Assembly (NCBI GenBank): GCA_964508365.1 | Contig: CAZDTP010000015.1 | Span: 5,285 to 68,138 of the forward strand | Source of the DNA: an uncultured archaeon | GTDB taxonomy: Archaea; Asgardarchaeota; Lokiarchaeia; Sigyniarchaeales; SOKP01 | Reading direction: 5' to 3' | DNA length: 62,854 bases | Notes under the pieces: generated by a model | The model's input: only the letters and a program-made list of their open reading frames with translations | What the model was told of the DNA's origin: nothing | Databases searched by the model: none | Made by a program: the position numbers and the translations under genes | In this document: in pieces, positions 1 through 9,256 of the stretch | Layout: every line of letters begins with the position of its first letter | How positions within the stretch are numbered: the first letter of the stretch is position 1

Positions 1-2
1 TA

Positions 3-377
3 AGGGAAGGAGACGAAGTAATTGAGAGTTTACTTGTTACTGACGATAATATAATTTTGACCTTAACTGAAAAAGGTTATGGACAAAGAACATTCCTCAA
101 GGAATATAGAAAAACAGGTCGTGCTGCAAAAGGCGTAAAGAATATAACATTAGATCCTATAAAAAAAGATAAAGTTATTGCGATAAAAATAGCAAAACTT
201 ATGGATATTTTGATTGGTACGGAGCAAGGACAAGTCATAAGGGTGCCTGTGGACTCGATAAGAATTACTCATAGAAAGGCTAAAGGAGTTAGAGTAATAA
301 AACTTTATGCTAAAGATTCAGTTGTCGCAATTGGTAAGTGCGCAACACAAATCGAAGATGGTGAAGAAGAAAAATAA
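3..377 (+). CDS. gyrA: DNA gyrase subunit A, C-terminal beta-pinwheel fragment (5' truncated by window edge)
   Basis: Frame is open from nt 3 (REGDEVIESLLVTDDNIILTLTEKGYGQR...). It has GyrA-CTD blade repeats (TEKGYGQR, RKTGRAAKGV, TEQGQVIR, THRKAKGVRVIKL) and an acidic tail EDGEEEK. Confidence 0.9.
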   Translation, partial: REGDEVIESLLVTDDNIILTLTEKGYGQRTFLKEYRKTGRAAKGVKNITLDPIKKDKVIAIKIAKLMDILIGTEQGQVIRVPVDSIRITHRKAKGVRVIKLYAKDSVVAIGKCATQIEDGEEEK

Positions 378-400
378 AGGATTTTAATCCTATTAAAATT

Positions 401-760
401 CTAATCACTAAGATAGGGAATTGAACATAAAAAAATAAAATCTTTTTTACCAAGATTTGCGATGCCATGCTTCTCATTTGGAGAAATATAAATCACATCT
501 CCATTTTCAACAATTTCCTCCGTTCCAGAATCATCGTAAAATTTACCTTTACCACTTAATATATAGATTTCATGGTCTTGAGGGTGACTATGAATAGGTA
601 CCTCAGTATTAGGTTTTACTTCAAATCGTCTCATAGCAAAATTTTTAGCTCCATCATGCTCATTATCAATTAACCATCTCACATTGACATCTTTGACAGG
701 AGTACCATCACTCAATACTGCAGGTTTATTCTCCACTTGCTTATAATTTTTAATTCTCAT
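401..760 (-). CDS. Cupin-2 domain protein
   Basis: Cupin metal motifs PIHSHPQDHEIYILSGKG and GDVIYISPNEKHGIAN. Confidence 0.9.
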   Translation of the reverse strand: MRIKNYKQVENKPAVLSDGTPVKDVNVRWLIDNEHDGAKNFAMRRFEVKPNTEVPIHSHPQDHEIYILSGKGKFYDDSGTEEIVENGDVIYISPNEKHGIANLGKKDFIFLCSIPYLSD

Positions 761-1177
761 AATTGAAATAATTTTTAATCTAATAAAATTTAATGAATAT
801 AATTTTTATTTTTGAATTTCATAATCATTAATAATATTCAAATATTTATTTTTGAGTGATTTAACAGAATATAAGAGATAGAATGATTTTAAATTTTTGA
901 ATCTTCATTATCTAAAAACAATGATAATTATAAGATAATTAATTTCCAATAAGAGTTTTTAATTTACATTTCAAAATTGTTAGATTTATTTTTGGACTCA
1001 ATTTTAAAGAAAATTTAACTTAAATAAACAATAATGTTAAAATGGAAAATTTGATTAAAAAAAAAGTGGACCCACTATGAATAGTGTTATAACTGAGATT
1101 ATGCATTATTATATTTGACTAAAGTGTAAATTTTAGTCACGATCTATAAATTTAAATTAAAAACAAAAAATTAGGAA

Positions 1178-1381
1178 ATGAAAAAGAATAAAAAAATCCC
1201 TGTTATGGTTGGATTAGTAGGTCTTCCAACTGCTATCATTATGGGGTTGATTTTCGATTTAATATTAGAAAGAGATCTACTAAAGGGTCTTATTTTCTCA
1301 ATATCATTTGGATTAGTATTTTCTATTACTTGGATGGTGATGGCTATCTGGAAAGGAAAAAAGCCGGTGCTTATTGTGTAA
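1178..1381 (+). CDS. Small hypothetical membrane protein (2 TM)
   Basis: ATG start, two hydrophobic segments, basic termini. Confidence 0.6.
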   Translation: MKKNKKIPVMVGLVGLPTAIIMGLIFDLILERDLLKGLIFSISFGLVFSITWMVMAIWKGKKPVLIV

Positions 1382-1455
1382 CTTTACTATCTTTATACTT
1401 TCAAACTAGAAGTATTTATATAATGTGTCAAATTTTTGGTTGTTGCTAACTATAT

Positions 1456-1977
1456 ATGCTAAAGAGGGTAGATTCTATGAATGATAATGAAAAGAATTCA
1501 AATAAAAGGAAATTGAAAGAAAAAATCAAAATTTTCGGGAAGAATCTTAATAAAAACTGGGTTTATGTTTATATTGGAGCTTATGGATCATGGATGATAT
1601 CATCTTGGGGGTTATTTTTTGTCGGGATTTACGATTTAGGACATGCTATCTTTTCAACAATCTTAGGTTTAGCATTTTTTCTTTTAATATATACTCTTAA
1701 ACGTATTAGAAATCTTAAACTCTTGAAGCTCATTACTGGAATAGTCTTAGTAAGTTTCGGTATATTTAGTCTCGGTGGTATCATGTGGTTTATTATTGGT
1801 TATGTACTTGTTCAAGCTCCTTGGGCTCCCTTACGAATTTTGATTGGAGATGCAGTAATAAGGGGGAGAATTAATCTCCTAATTCTATTATCTTCGTATG
1901 CAATTGGTGGTTATATAATGTATAGAATTGGCAAAAAAAGAAAATGGAGACCCCCTGCTCATTTTGAGATTGAATGA
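1456..1977 (+). CDS. Hypothetical membrane protein (about 4 TM)
   Basis: Four hydrophobic segments and a basic C-tail; no family recognised. Confidence 0.65.
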   Translation: MLKRVDSMNDNEKNSNKRKLKEKIKIFGKNLNKNWVYVYIGAYGSWMISSWGLFFVGIYDLGHAIFSTILGLAFFLLIYTLKRIRNLKLLKLITGIVLVSFGIFSLGGIMWFIIGYVLVQAPWAPLRILIGDAVIRGRINLLILLSSYAIGGYIMYRIGKKRKWRPPAHFEIE

Positions 1978-2068
1978 CTAATCTTAAATCAAAAAATTAC
2001 TTTTTTTTTAATTGAATAAGTTTAAAAAAATATAGAACTTTTAAAAATCATAGGTTTTAAAAAATCCA

Positions 2069-2413
2069 CTAATGTAATATAAGGATTTTGAATTTACATT
2101 CCAATACTATTAGATTTATTCTGTGGCTCAAATAAAACGATAAGATAAAAATATAAATTTTTTTGGTTGAGGGTTTTAGAGAATCAAACCACTCACTTTC
2201 CAATAAATTCAATATATCAGCTTTTTCTAATAGTTTTTCGTTGTTTTTACCCGTTATTGCGAATAAATTTTTTAAACAGACTAAATAATTGATCCGTGTT
2301 TTTATCTTTCGGTGTTTTACCTTTGTCAAATATTATTCTCTAATGTTATTCTGTTCTGTGGTAATTTCCCTAAGTAATGATTGGATTAGGGAAATCCATT
2401 TTTGAGGTTCCAT
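2069..2413 (-). pseudogene. Remnant resembling the N-terminal (SAM-like) part of an archaeal tyrosine recombinase/integrase
   Basis: ATG at 2413 reads MEPQKWISLIQSLLREITTEQNNIRE, then in-frame TAA (2335-2333), then YLTKVKHRKIKTRINYLVCLKNL...DILNLLESEWFDSLKPSTKKIYIFILSFYL. The pattern matches core-binding helices of XerA-like integrases; the catalytic domain is absent. Confidence 0.45.
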
Positions 2414-2519
2414 AATTAATTATATAATTCAAAATATATAAAAATTATGTTCCCTAAATTTTTAATCTAATAAAATTATATCATATATTAATTAATATTC
2501 ATCTCAAGGATGTTGACTT

Positions 2520-3446
2520 ATGAAAACGGAGTATAATATAGGGTTTGATAATTCTCACAAGAATAAATTGACGATTGAGGATCCTGGCTTTAATGATTTT
2601 ATAGAATACTTATTCAATTCAGATTTAAAATTGGGAAAAATTGAGGCAGGAATTACTTACGAAAAATTAGCAGAGTATAATTTGTTTATCATCGGAGTTC
2701 CAATTGCTGAAGCTTACCTAACCGTTGAAGAAATTGAGTTTTTAATTAATTATGTTAAAGATGGGGGATCTCTTCTTATTATTAATGATAAAGGAGGAGA
2801 AATCGAAAATAAAAATAATTTGAACGAACTAACAAAAAATTTCGGTATTAAATTCAATCCCGATCAGCTCTTTGATAATGAAAATTTCTCAAAGGACATT
2901 TCTCGACCAATAATCAAGGATTTTAAGAAACATTTTATCACACGAGATATCGCCCAAGTTATTCACTCTAATGGGTGTACTCTTATAATCGATGAATCTG
3001 TCGAGACCGAAGATATAGATGTGGCTGCAATTGGCTTCTCTTCTGGAGATTCAGCTTGGCATAAGATTTTTGATGGAGAGGAATGGGTTGAAGAACCTAT
3101 AGAAAATGCTCCTATAATCGCTATTGGTCATTATGGTTTAGGAAAAATCGTAGCTATTGGAAATTTATCTCTGTTTTCGGGATTTCACGCTTCATACGGT
3201 ATGCACGCTGCTGATAACTTTAAACTGATATCCAACATCATTTCTTGGTTAAGGAATAAAGCACATTCCAAAGAAGCACAGTTATCAAATCCTATATATT
3301 TGACCGTCCCTATTGAACAAGATTTATATTATTGGATGAAAGGTAAACTAGACGAAGAACGATGGAAAAGTGTGGAGGAAATCGTAAATTTTGCACTAAA
3401 AGTCGTTAAATTTAGGATAAGAAAGCAAGAAAATCAAGAAGAATAA
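2520..3446 (+). CDS. GldG/IFT52-like (GIFT/DUF4350-type) domain protein with C-terminal ribbon-helix-helix-like segment
   Basis: IGFDNSH...YNLFIIGVP...EEIEFLINYVKDGGSLLII...NLNELTKNFGIKFN, GLGKIVAIGN and DNFKLISNIISWL are typical of this fold. The tail IYLTVPIEQDLYYWMKGKLDEERWKSVEEIVNFALK is RHH-like. Confidence 0.7.
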   Translation: MKTEYNIGFDNSHKNKLTIEDPGFNDFIEYLFNSDLKLGKIEAGITYEKLAEYNLFIIGVPIAEAYLTVEEIEFLINYVKDGGSLLIINDKGGEIENKNNLNELTKNFGIKFNPDQLFDNENFSKDISRPIIKDFKKHFITRDIAQVIHSNGCTLIIDESVETEDIDVAAIGFSSGDSAWHKIFDGEEWVEEPIENAPIIAIGHYGLGKIVAIGNLSLFSGFHASYGMHAADNFKLISNIISWLRNKAHSKEAQLSNPIYLTVPIEQDLYYWMKGKLDEERWKSVEEIVNFALKVVKFRIRKQENQEE

Positions 3447-3495
3447 TTTTACATAATGGAAATTTGACTTACTCAAAATATTCAAGGTTTTTTGA

Positions 3496-4038
3496 ATGAT
3501 TCAAACGGATAAAGAGGAAATTTTAATCGGATTATTATCTGATACGCATGTCCCCCAAAGAACGGACAAACTACCAGATGTAGTGTTAGATGATTTTAAA
3601 AATCGAAATGTTGATTATGTTTTTCATTTAGGAGATTTCACCTCTTATAGGGTGTATAAGAAACTCATCGAAACTTTTGGGAAAGATAAATTTGTAGCAG
3701 TTCGGGGTAATATGGATTTTGATTCTAAATTAATAAAAGCTCTACCTGAAAAATTAGAATTGAAAATTTATAATTTTAAAGTCCTATTACTCCACGGAAT
3801 GGGTGGACCAAACATCATAATAAAAAGATTGATTAAAAACCTTGATTTACTTAATTCCGATTATGATGTTGTAATTTTTGGACACACTCATCGACCAGTT
3901 AATGAAAGAAGTAATGGAATATTATTTTTTAATCCAGGAACAACCACACCAATAGATAACAAATTCACTGTAACAAGTTCCTATGGCTATCTTAGAATTT
4001 CTAAAGATAAAATTGAACCTGAAATAATATATTTATGA
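3496..4038 (+). CDS. Metallophosphoesterase, MJ0936/YfcE/Vps29 family
   Basis: SDTH, HLGD, VRGNMD, LLHG, FGHTH and NPG motifs. Confidence 0.9.
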   Translation: MIQTDKEEILIGLLSDTHVPQRTDKLPDVVLDDFKNRNVDYVFHLGDFTSYRVYKKLIETFGKDKFVAVRGNMDFDSKLIKALPEKLELKIYNFKVLLLHGMGGPNIIIKRLIKNLDLLNSDYDVVIFGHTHRPVNERSNGILFFNPGTTTPIDNKFTVTSSYGYLRISKDKIEPEIIYL

Positions 4039-4102
4039 AATAATCTAAGATAAATTTAAATTTCTAAGAATCCATCTATCTATTAAATATTAAAATTTAA
4101 CT

Positions 4103-4369
4103 TTGGGGTCTAAAATTAAAGCTATATCAACAGTAAGTGAGAAGGGGTTAACAACTATTCCTAAAGAAATAAGGAAAAAGCTCAATATTAAAAAAGGAGA
4201 TAAAATTTATTGGATTGTTTGTGAAAAAGATAAATCAGAGCTAATCATTATACATGAACCTCTTAAATTTTTAAAAGGACGCCACACTAAATTTAATTTG
4301 AAATATGAAGAATTGGAACATAAAGCCGATAAATTGCTAGCTGATAAGGTGAATAATAAATCCCATTAA
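4103..4369 (+). CDS. AbrB/MazE/SpoVT-family DNA-binding antitoxin (VapB-like)
   Basis: TVSEKGLTTIPKEIRKKLNIKKGDKIYW swapped-hairpin motif; overlaps a downstream PIN gene. Confidence 0.85.
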   Translation: MGSKIKAISTVSEKGLTTIPKEIRKKLNIKKGDKIYWIVCEKDKSELIIIHEPLKFLKGRHTKFNLKYEELEHKADKLLADKVNNKSH

Positions 4370-4782
4370 TTGAATTAGACTTATTAATAGCCTTTATTTC
4401 TGCTGGAGATAAATTACATTCTATATCGGAAAAAATATTTGAGTTAATTGACTCTAATAAGCTTAAAAATATCTGCATTCCTTCGAGCGCTTATTTAGAA
4501 TACGAACTGATATTAAAAAGTAAAAGTATAGATGAATATGACATTCTAAAAGATCTAATCTTTTTCCAAAACATAAATAATATTGGAGAAATCCCATTGG
4601 ACTCGAAAATCATCGTAACTTCTATTAAAATAAGAGATAAATATCAGCTAACATATTTTGATTCATTGCATGCAGCAAGTTCAATGCATCTTGATTCAAT
4701 CATTCTAAGTTCTGATAAAGATTATCAAAAATTGCCACAAATAAAAACTATCGAACCTAAAGATTATCAATTATTGATATGA
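4360..4782 (+). CDS. PIN-domain ribonuclease toxin (VapC-like); probable ATC start, longer than the ORF-track call at 4597
   Basis: Frame is open from 4360 (IPLIELDLLIAFISAGDKLH...PSSAYLEYELIL...LTYFDSLHAAS...ILSSDKDY) and carries the PIN acidic residues. GGTGA lies 7 nt before ATC; there is no ATG/GTG/TTG until 4597. Confidence 0.8.
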   Translation: MPLIELDLLIAFISAGDKLHSISEKIFELIDSNKLKNICIPSSAYLEYELILKSKSIDEYDILKDLIFFQNINNIGEIPLDSKIIVTSIKIRDKYQLTYFDSLHAASSMHLDSIILSSDKDYQKLPQIKTIEPKDYQLLI

Positions 4783-4852
4783 TATTATTAGCCTTAAGTC
4801 TAAGTAAAAAATGAGATAACTCTAAATATTTGAAATCGAGATTTTATGAGGA

Positions 4853-5458
4853 TTATATTGCTTTACCCGATAGTTTCTTATAATGGTTAAGTACAGCTTG
4901 CCTAGCAGCGTAGACAAAAGCTCTTTTCACATTAACTCCCGTAATAGCTATAGTTTCGTAAATTAAGCAGTGGTTAAGTTTTGCAGTATCCAGTACTTGC
5001 CTTAACTTAGAAATCTCCACGATATCTTCTAAATCTCTTTTGTTTGCTAATACAACTATTGGTACTTCAGGTGGATCAAAAAGCGCTGGTGGAATTAATC
5101 TATCTCCATAGAACTTGAGTAATTCTTTAAGAGACCAAATATTCTCACCCCACTGATCTATTAGACTATCCCATGTAAATATCACAGCATCTGTACCCTT
5201 CAAAACTGTTTGACGTTGAAATTTATGTCTGCGTTGCCCTGCTACGGTGTAAACCTGAAAAACTACATTAGAAACTCTTGCTACTACACGATCAAAAAAC
5301 AAGGTTCGTCCAGTAGGGTCCTGAATTTGTTGCATATCCCCACTTGCAAGACCCTCTCGATTGTAAACCCATTCTAATGCCGTGGTTTTTCCCCCGAGAG
5401 AAGGGCCGTAAAAACAAATTTTGAAAACAAGAGTTCCGTCTCCTCGTCTACTTGGCAA
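4853..5458 (-). CDS. MglA-like small GTPase
   Basis: KICFYGPSLGGKTT, GRTLFFD (MglA signature with intrinsic Arg), YTVAGQ, NKRDL. GAGGT SD lies 8 nt before TTG. Confidence 0.85.
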   Translation of the reverse strand: MPSRRGDGTLVFKICFYGPSLGGKTTALEWVYNREGLASGDMQQIQDPTGRTLFFDRVVARVSNVVFQVYTVAGQRRHKFQRQTVLKGTDAVIFTWDSLIDQWGENIWSLKELLKFYGDRLIPPALFDPPEVPIVVLANKRDLEDIVEISKLRQVLDTAKLNHCLIYETIAITGVNVKRAFVYAARQAVLNHYKKLSGKAI

Positions 5459-5567
5459 TGGTTATGACCTCATTTAATAATTAAAGGCAAGTTTAATTTT
5501 ATAAACTAATAATAATAATTATTTATTAAACTTTGTAAATCAAAAAGTTTTTTCTTCTCAGTTAGGT

Positions 5568-6725
5568 TTAATAAAAAGGATTATGATAGCGACCCTCATC
5601 TTGCTTATCTTGGGAATCCAAAAATCTCTCTTTCAATTCTTTATCAATTAATCCCTCGATATGACAAAGATATTCGTATTCATCTTTAACACATAGTGTT
5701 ATAGCAACTCCGAGTTTATTCATACGGGATGTTCTTCCTATTCGGTGTACATAATTTTCTGGATATTTAGGAATATCGTAATTAAATACATGGGATATAT
5801 TATCGATATCTAAACCCCGTGCTGCCACATCAGTGGCGATTAGTAGATTAATTTTGTGGTCTTTAAATAAATTTAAAATCTTTTCTCTTTGAAATTGCGA
5901 TAAATCTCCCGAAATGAGATCTGCTCTATAAGCGAAATTATCGAGCGATTTCAACCTATTTCTTAACCAAGAAGCTGTTTTCTTGGTGTTTACGAAGACC
6001 AAAAGGTGCTTAGGTTTTTCTCTTCGTAGAATTTTCAAGAATGTTTTGAGTTTATCGCTATAATTATCTATCATGTAATAATATTGTCTCGTATTTCCAA
6101 CAGTCAAGTTATCTCTACTCAAATTGAGAAATTTGAATTGATTCTTTGAGTATTTCTTTACTAATTCTCTGATTCCGTTATCAAAAGTAGCAGAGAAAAG
6201 CATGAATTGATAATCCGTATGGATTTGATCTAAAATATATTTCACATCAGGAGTAAAACCCATATCAAACATTCTGTCGGCCTCGTCGACGACCGCGAAT
6301 TGTATATCGTTCAACCTTAACTTTTTTCTTTTGTATAAATCGATTATTCTCCCAGGAGTTCCAACGATGATGTTTATTCCCTTTTCCAATTTCGTTATTT
6401 GGTCATTGATAGACACCCCCCCATATATTGGAAGTGCCTTTACCTTTGAATTTCCGAGTTCTCTGATAACTTCGTAAACTTGAGTCGCCAACTCTCGCGT
6501 TGGGACTAAAATTAAAGCCTCATTGCGCTTATATTCCATACTTTCTAAAATTGGAAGAACAAAAGCTAAAGTTTTGCCACTACCCGTCCTCGCTTGAGCC
6601 ATAATATTTTGGCCCTTTAAAATTAAAGGTATAGACTTTTGTTGGACAGGTGTGGGATTTAAAATATTTATTTTTTTTAACGCATTAACGTTATATTCGT
6701 TAATTCCTAATTCTGTAAAATTCAC
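5568..6725 (-). CDS. DEAD-box RNA helicase (CshA/DeaD-like core)
   Basis: Q motif, GSGKT, PTRELA, GG, TPGR, DEAD, SAT, ARGLD, HRIGRT. Confidence 0.95.
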   Translation of the reverse strand: MNFTELGINEYNVNALKKINILNPTPVQQKSIPLILKGQNIMAQARTGSGKTLAFVLPILESMEYKRNEALILVPTRELATQVYEVIRELGNSKVKALPIYGGVSINDQITKLEKGINIIVGTPGRIIDLYKRKKLRLNDIQFAVVDEADRMFDMGFTPDVKYILDQIHTDYQFMLFSATFDNGIRELVKKYSKNQFKFLNLSRDNLTVGNTRQYYYMIDNYSDKLKTFLKILRREKPKHLLVFVNTKKTASWLRNRLKSLDNFAYRADLISGDLSQFQREKILNLFKDHKINLLIATDVAARGLDIDNISHVFNYDIPKYPENYVHRIGRTSRMNKLGVAITLCVKDEYEYLCHIEGLIDKELKERFLDSQDKQDEGRYHNPFY

Positions 6726-6856
6726 TTTATAAATTCAACTAAAAAATTCTTACTTTTTAACTCTTAATCAAATAAATAAAATATTTAAGAAAGATAAACT
6801 TTTGTATAATTCACTTCTTCGATATAAATAGTTCATCGGTTCGATTTAAACTTAAA

Positions 6857-9022
6857 TTATATCTGAAAAACGACTTGTTTCGTTAATATATCCAATTTTT
6901 TTAACTTTATGTTAATAAAAGTTCTAACTTTTTCAGATGTTATGTTTTTATTATTAAATACTAAATCTTGTACGATGGAGTGGTATTTTTGAGATTTTTT
7001 AGCTAATTTTCTGTGAATCTCATTGTCGTTATCATATAAAGGTATTGGGAAAGAGAATGGTCTTTTGTGAATGTGCCTACTTGATTTAATCACCTTAATA
7101 TTCTTTGATATAACTGGAGAATTGAAAATAGCTGATAAATAATGTGCCTCGTTTATTGAATTAGTAGAAAAATAATAATTTTCCGAACAAATAATAATGT
7201 TATGTTCTTCGTTATCAATAACAGCTGATTTTAGATGTGAGCCACTTGCGTTGTAAATAACAATATATTGTTCATTATTCGCTTGTTTAGTTAATTTGTT
7301 CCAATAATTTAAGTTTAAAAAGAGTGAATCAATATTGCTGGTTCCTTTTTTATTTTTTTTGTAGAAATTATTATTTTCAGTGTAAAAGCTTAGAGCTTTA
7401 GGATTATTATTTAAAAGTTTTTCATCCCACTGTAAGGAACGAGTTATGGGTAAAAAGACATTTTTAAATTCTTTGATGCAAAAAGGAATCAAATCTTTGT
7501 TTAAAAAAGACTTAAATCCAAATTTAGTTTCAATTTCTTTTTTTTGAAAGCTATACTTCCAGACCTTCTTAGACCGTATATTTATATTAGGATCGGAAGA
7601 TATTTCTAAGAAACTATCATATATTTTATCAATTTTAAAGAAAACGAGTGATCTAGGGACTAAAGTTGCTCCTTGAAAGAAGAGAGTTTTATAGGGGCTT
7701 ATTGAATGCATATCCAAGAATTTCAATTCTTTTTCGGGCAAAATGATTTTGGCTCCTCTTTCGTTATATTCAAAACTAGAATACATTGTTTCTTCTTGAA
7801 GTTCGAGATTACTATTAAATATTTTCGCTTTAATCGGATATTTTTCTGTAATCTTCAACTCCGATCTTGTACCTACATATTCAGCTTTCAAACAGATATG
7901 GTCAACATTAAAGAGATAGTTATTTGGGAAATCCCAAATTTCAATCTTGTAAAATATGGAGAAACTTCGGAACTTAAAGCAATGATCTCCATTTAACACG
8001 CTCTTGGGCATGACAAAGAATAAAATTCCCTTAATTTTTAGAAATTTTAGGGGTATTGTGAAGAAAAAAATTGATGCCAATTCAATGTGAGTAATATATT
8101 GGCTGGAAGGCTTAATCTCTAATAACTCTGATAATGTACGGATTTTTAATTGATACGATTTATTAGTAATGTCTTTATATGTTAGCCATGGGGGATTGCC
8201 AATAATTAAATCAAATGATTTGTAAAGCATTGATATCTCCCTTTCTATGTTTGGTTTGGATTGCTCAGGAAAGAGAGAATCGATTAAAAAGATATTAATT
8301 TTCGGCATTTTTCCAATTTCTCCATTAAAATAATCTAAAAATAACAATAAAAAATTCACCTTTGCTGTGAAGGTTGCTAAAGGATTGATATCAAACCCAT
8401 ATATGTTATCAATTGCTTCGGTTATTACCGATTCCTTATTATCAGAATTAAAAATTCGAACTATGAGTTTTATTAAAAAACTACCAGAACCACAAGAAGG
8501 ATCTAATGTTTTTAAACCAATTTTATATGATTCATTTATCATTTTTTCAACAAGGTTTGACGGCGTATAAAATTCACCGATTTTATGTCGTGTCACGACA
8601 TGAAACACATGTTGATATAATTCATGAAAATTATCTTGTCTAGCTAGCCTTGCTCCCCCGAAAAATTTTCTTATCTCAGAAATAAGTGCTTCATCCAATT
8701 TAGGACAGAAGAATAATTTAAGTTCATTTAAATTATAATGGTCGTAGATTGTTTTATTTTCGGATGTATTAGCATTTAATAATATTAATATTTTCAAAAT
8801 CGAAACATAATATGAATGTTTGAGAAAAAGAGATTGTTCGATTTCCTTGCCGTAAATTTTTTTAAACACCGATTCCCATAAACGAAACTTTTTTTGAAAA
8901 CCACTTTTATTCAATTCCGCTTGTCTTTTTAAAAAATTAGAGGTTTCTTTATAAAAATTTGTTCCCAATCCAAAGAATTCCACAAATTGTTTTGAACTTA
9001 TTACTTTTTTGTTTTCGACCAT
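6857..9022 (-). CDS. N6-adenine DNA methyltransferase with target-recognition region (Eco57I/type IIG-like MTase module)
   Basis: GEFYTP, DPSCGSGSFL, GFDINP and GNPPW motifs; no obvious N-terminal nuclease domain. Confidence 0.85.
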   Translation of the reverse strand: MVENKKVISSKQFVEFFGLGTNFYKETSNFLKRQAELNKSGFQKKFRLWESVFKKIYGKEIEQSLFLKHSYYVSILKILILLNANTSENKTIYDHYNLNELKLFFCPKLDEALISEIRKFFGGARLARQDNFHELYQHVFHVVTRHKIGEFYTPSNLVEKMINESYKIGLKTLDPSCGSGSFLIKLIVRIFNSDNKESVITEAIDNIYGFDINPLATFTAKVNFLLLFLDYFNGEIGKMPKINIFLIDSLFPEQSKPNIEREISMLYKSFDLIIGNPPWLTYKDITNKSYQLKIRTLSELLEIKPSSQYITHIELASIFFFTIPLKFLKIKGILFFVMPKSVLNGDHCFKFRSFSIFYKIEIWDFPNNYLFNVDHICLKAEYVGTRSELKITEKYPIKAKIFNSNLELQEETMYSSFEYNERGAKIILPEKELKFLDMHSISPYKTLFFQGATLVPRSLVFFKIDKIYDSFLEISSDPNINIRSKKVWKYSFQKKEIETKFGFKSFLNKDLIPFCIKEFKNVFLPITRSLQWDEKLLNNNPKALSFYTENNNFYKKNKKGTSNIDSLFLNLNYWNKLTKQANNEQYIVIYNASGSHLKSAVIDNEEHNIIICSENYYFSTNSINEAHYLSAIFNSPVISKNIKVIKSSRHIHKRPFSFPIPLYDNDNEIHRKLAKKSQKYHSIVQDLVFNNKNITSEKVRTFINIKLKKLDILTKQVVFQI

Positions 9023-9189
9023 TCTCTATCAAGTATAAAATCCCAATCAAATTTATTTTCAGAAATCGAGTAAGAGATATTGTCATCTGCTATAAAATTA
9101 GTCTCTTCTTTTTCTTCTGTATCCTCTGACTTCTCATATTTAGATTGATCTGTCATTTTTATTTTAACATTCCTCTTTTCTCCATTCAT
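9001..9189 (-). CDS. Small acidic hypothetical protein
   Basis: ATG start, co-oriented in an apparent operon, overlaps the MTase start by 22 nt. Confidence 0.45.
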   Translation of the reverse strand: MNGEKRNVKIKMTDQSKYEKSEDTEEKEETNFIADDNISYSISENKFDWDFILDREWSKTKK

Positions 9190-9256
9190 AGTTTTTATGA
9201 CGAGTGTAAAATTAATATTCTTATTTTTAGAAGCAAAATCATAAAAGTATTAATTA

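Noticed and set aside
3-377. DNA gyrase in an archaeon
   Set aside because: Gyrase is already established in several archaeal groups, including Asgard lineages.
2333-2335. In-frame stop as possible selenocysteine or pyrrolysine recoding
   Set aside because: The codon is TAA, not TGA or TAG.
4293-4478. 61-aa minus-strand ORF
   Set aside because: It overlaps the vapBC pair, whose plus-strand frames carry recognisable domains.
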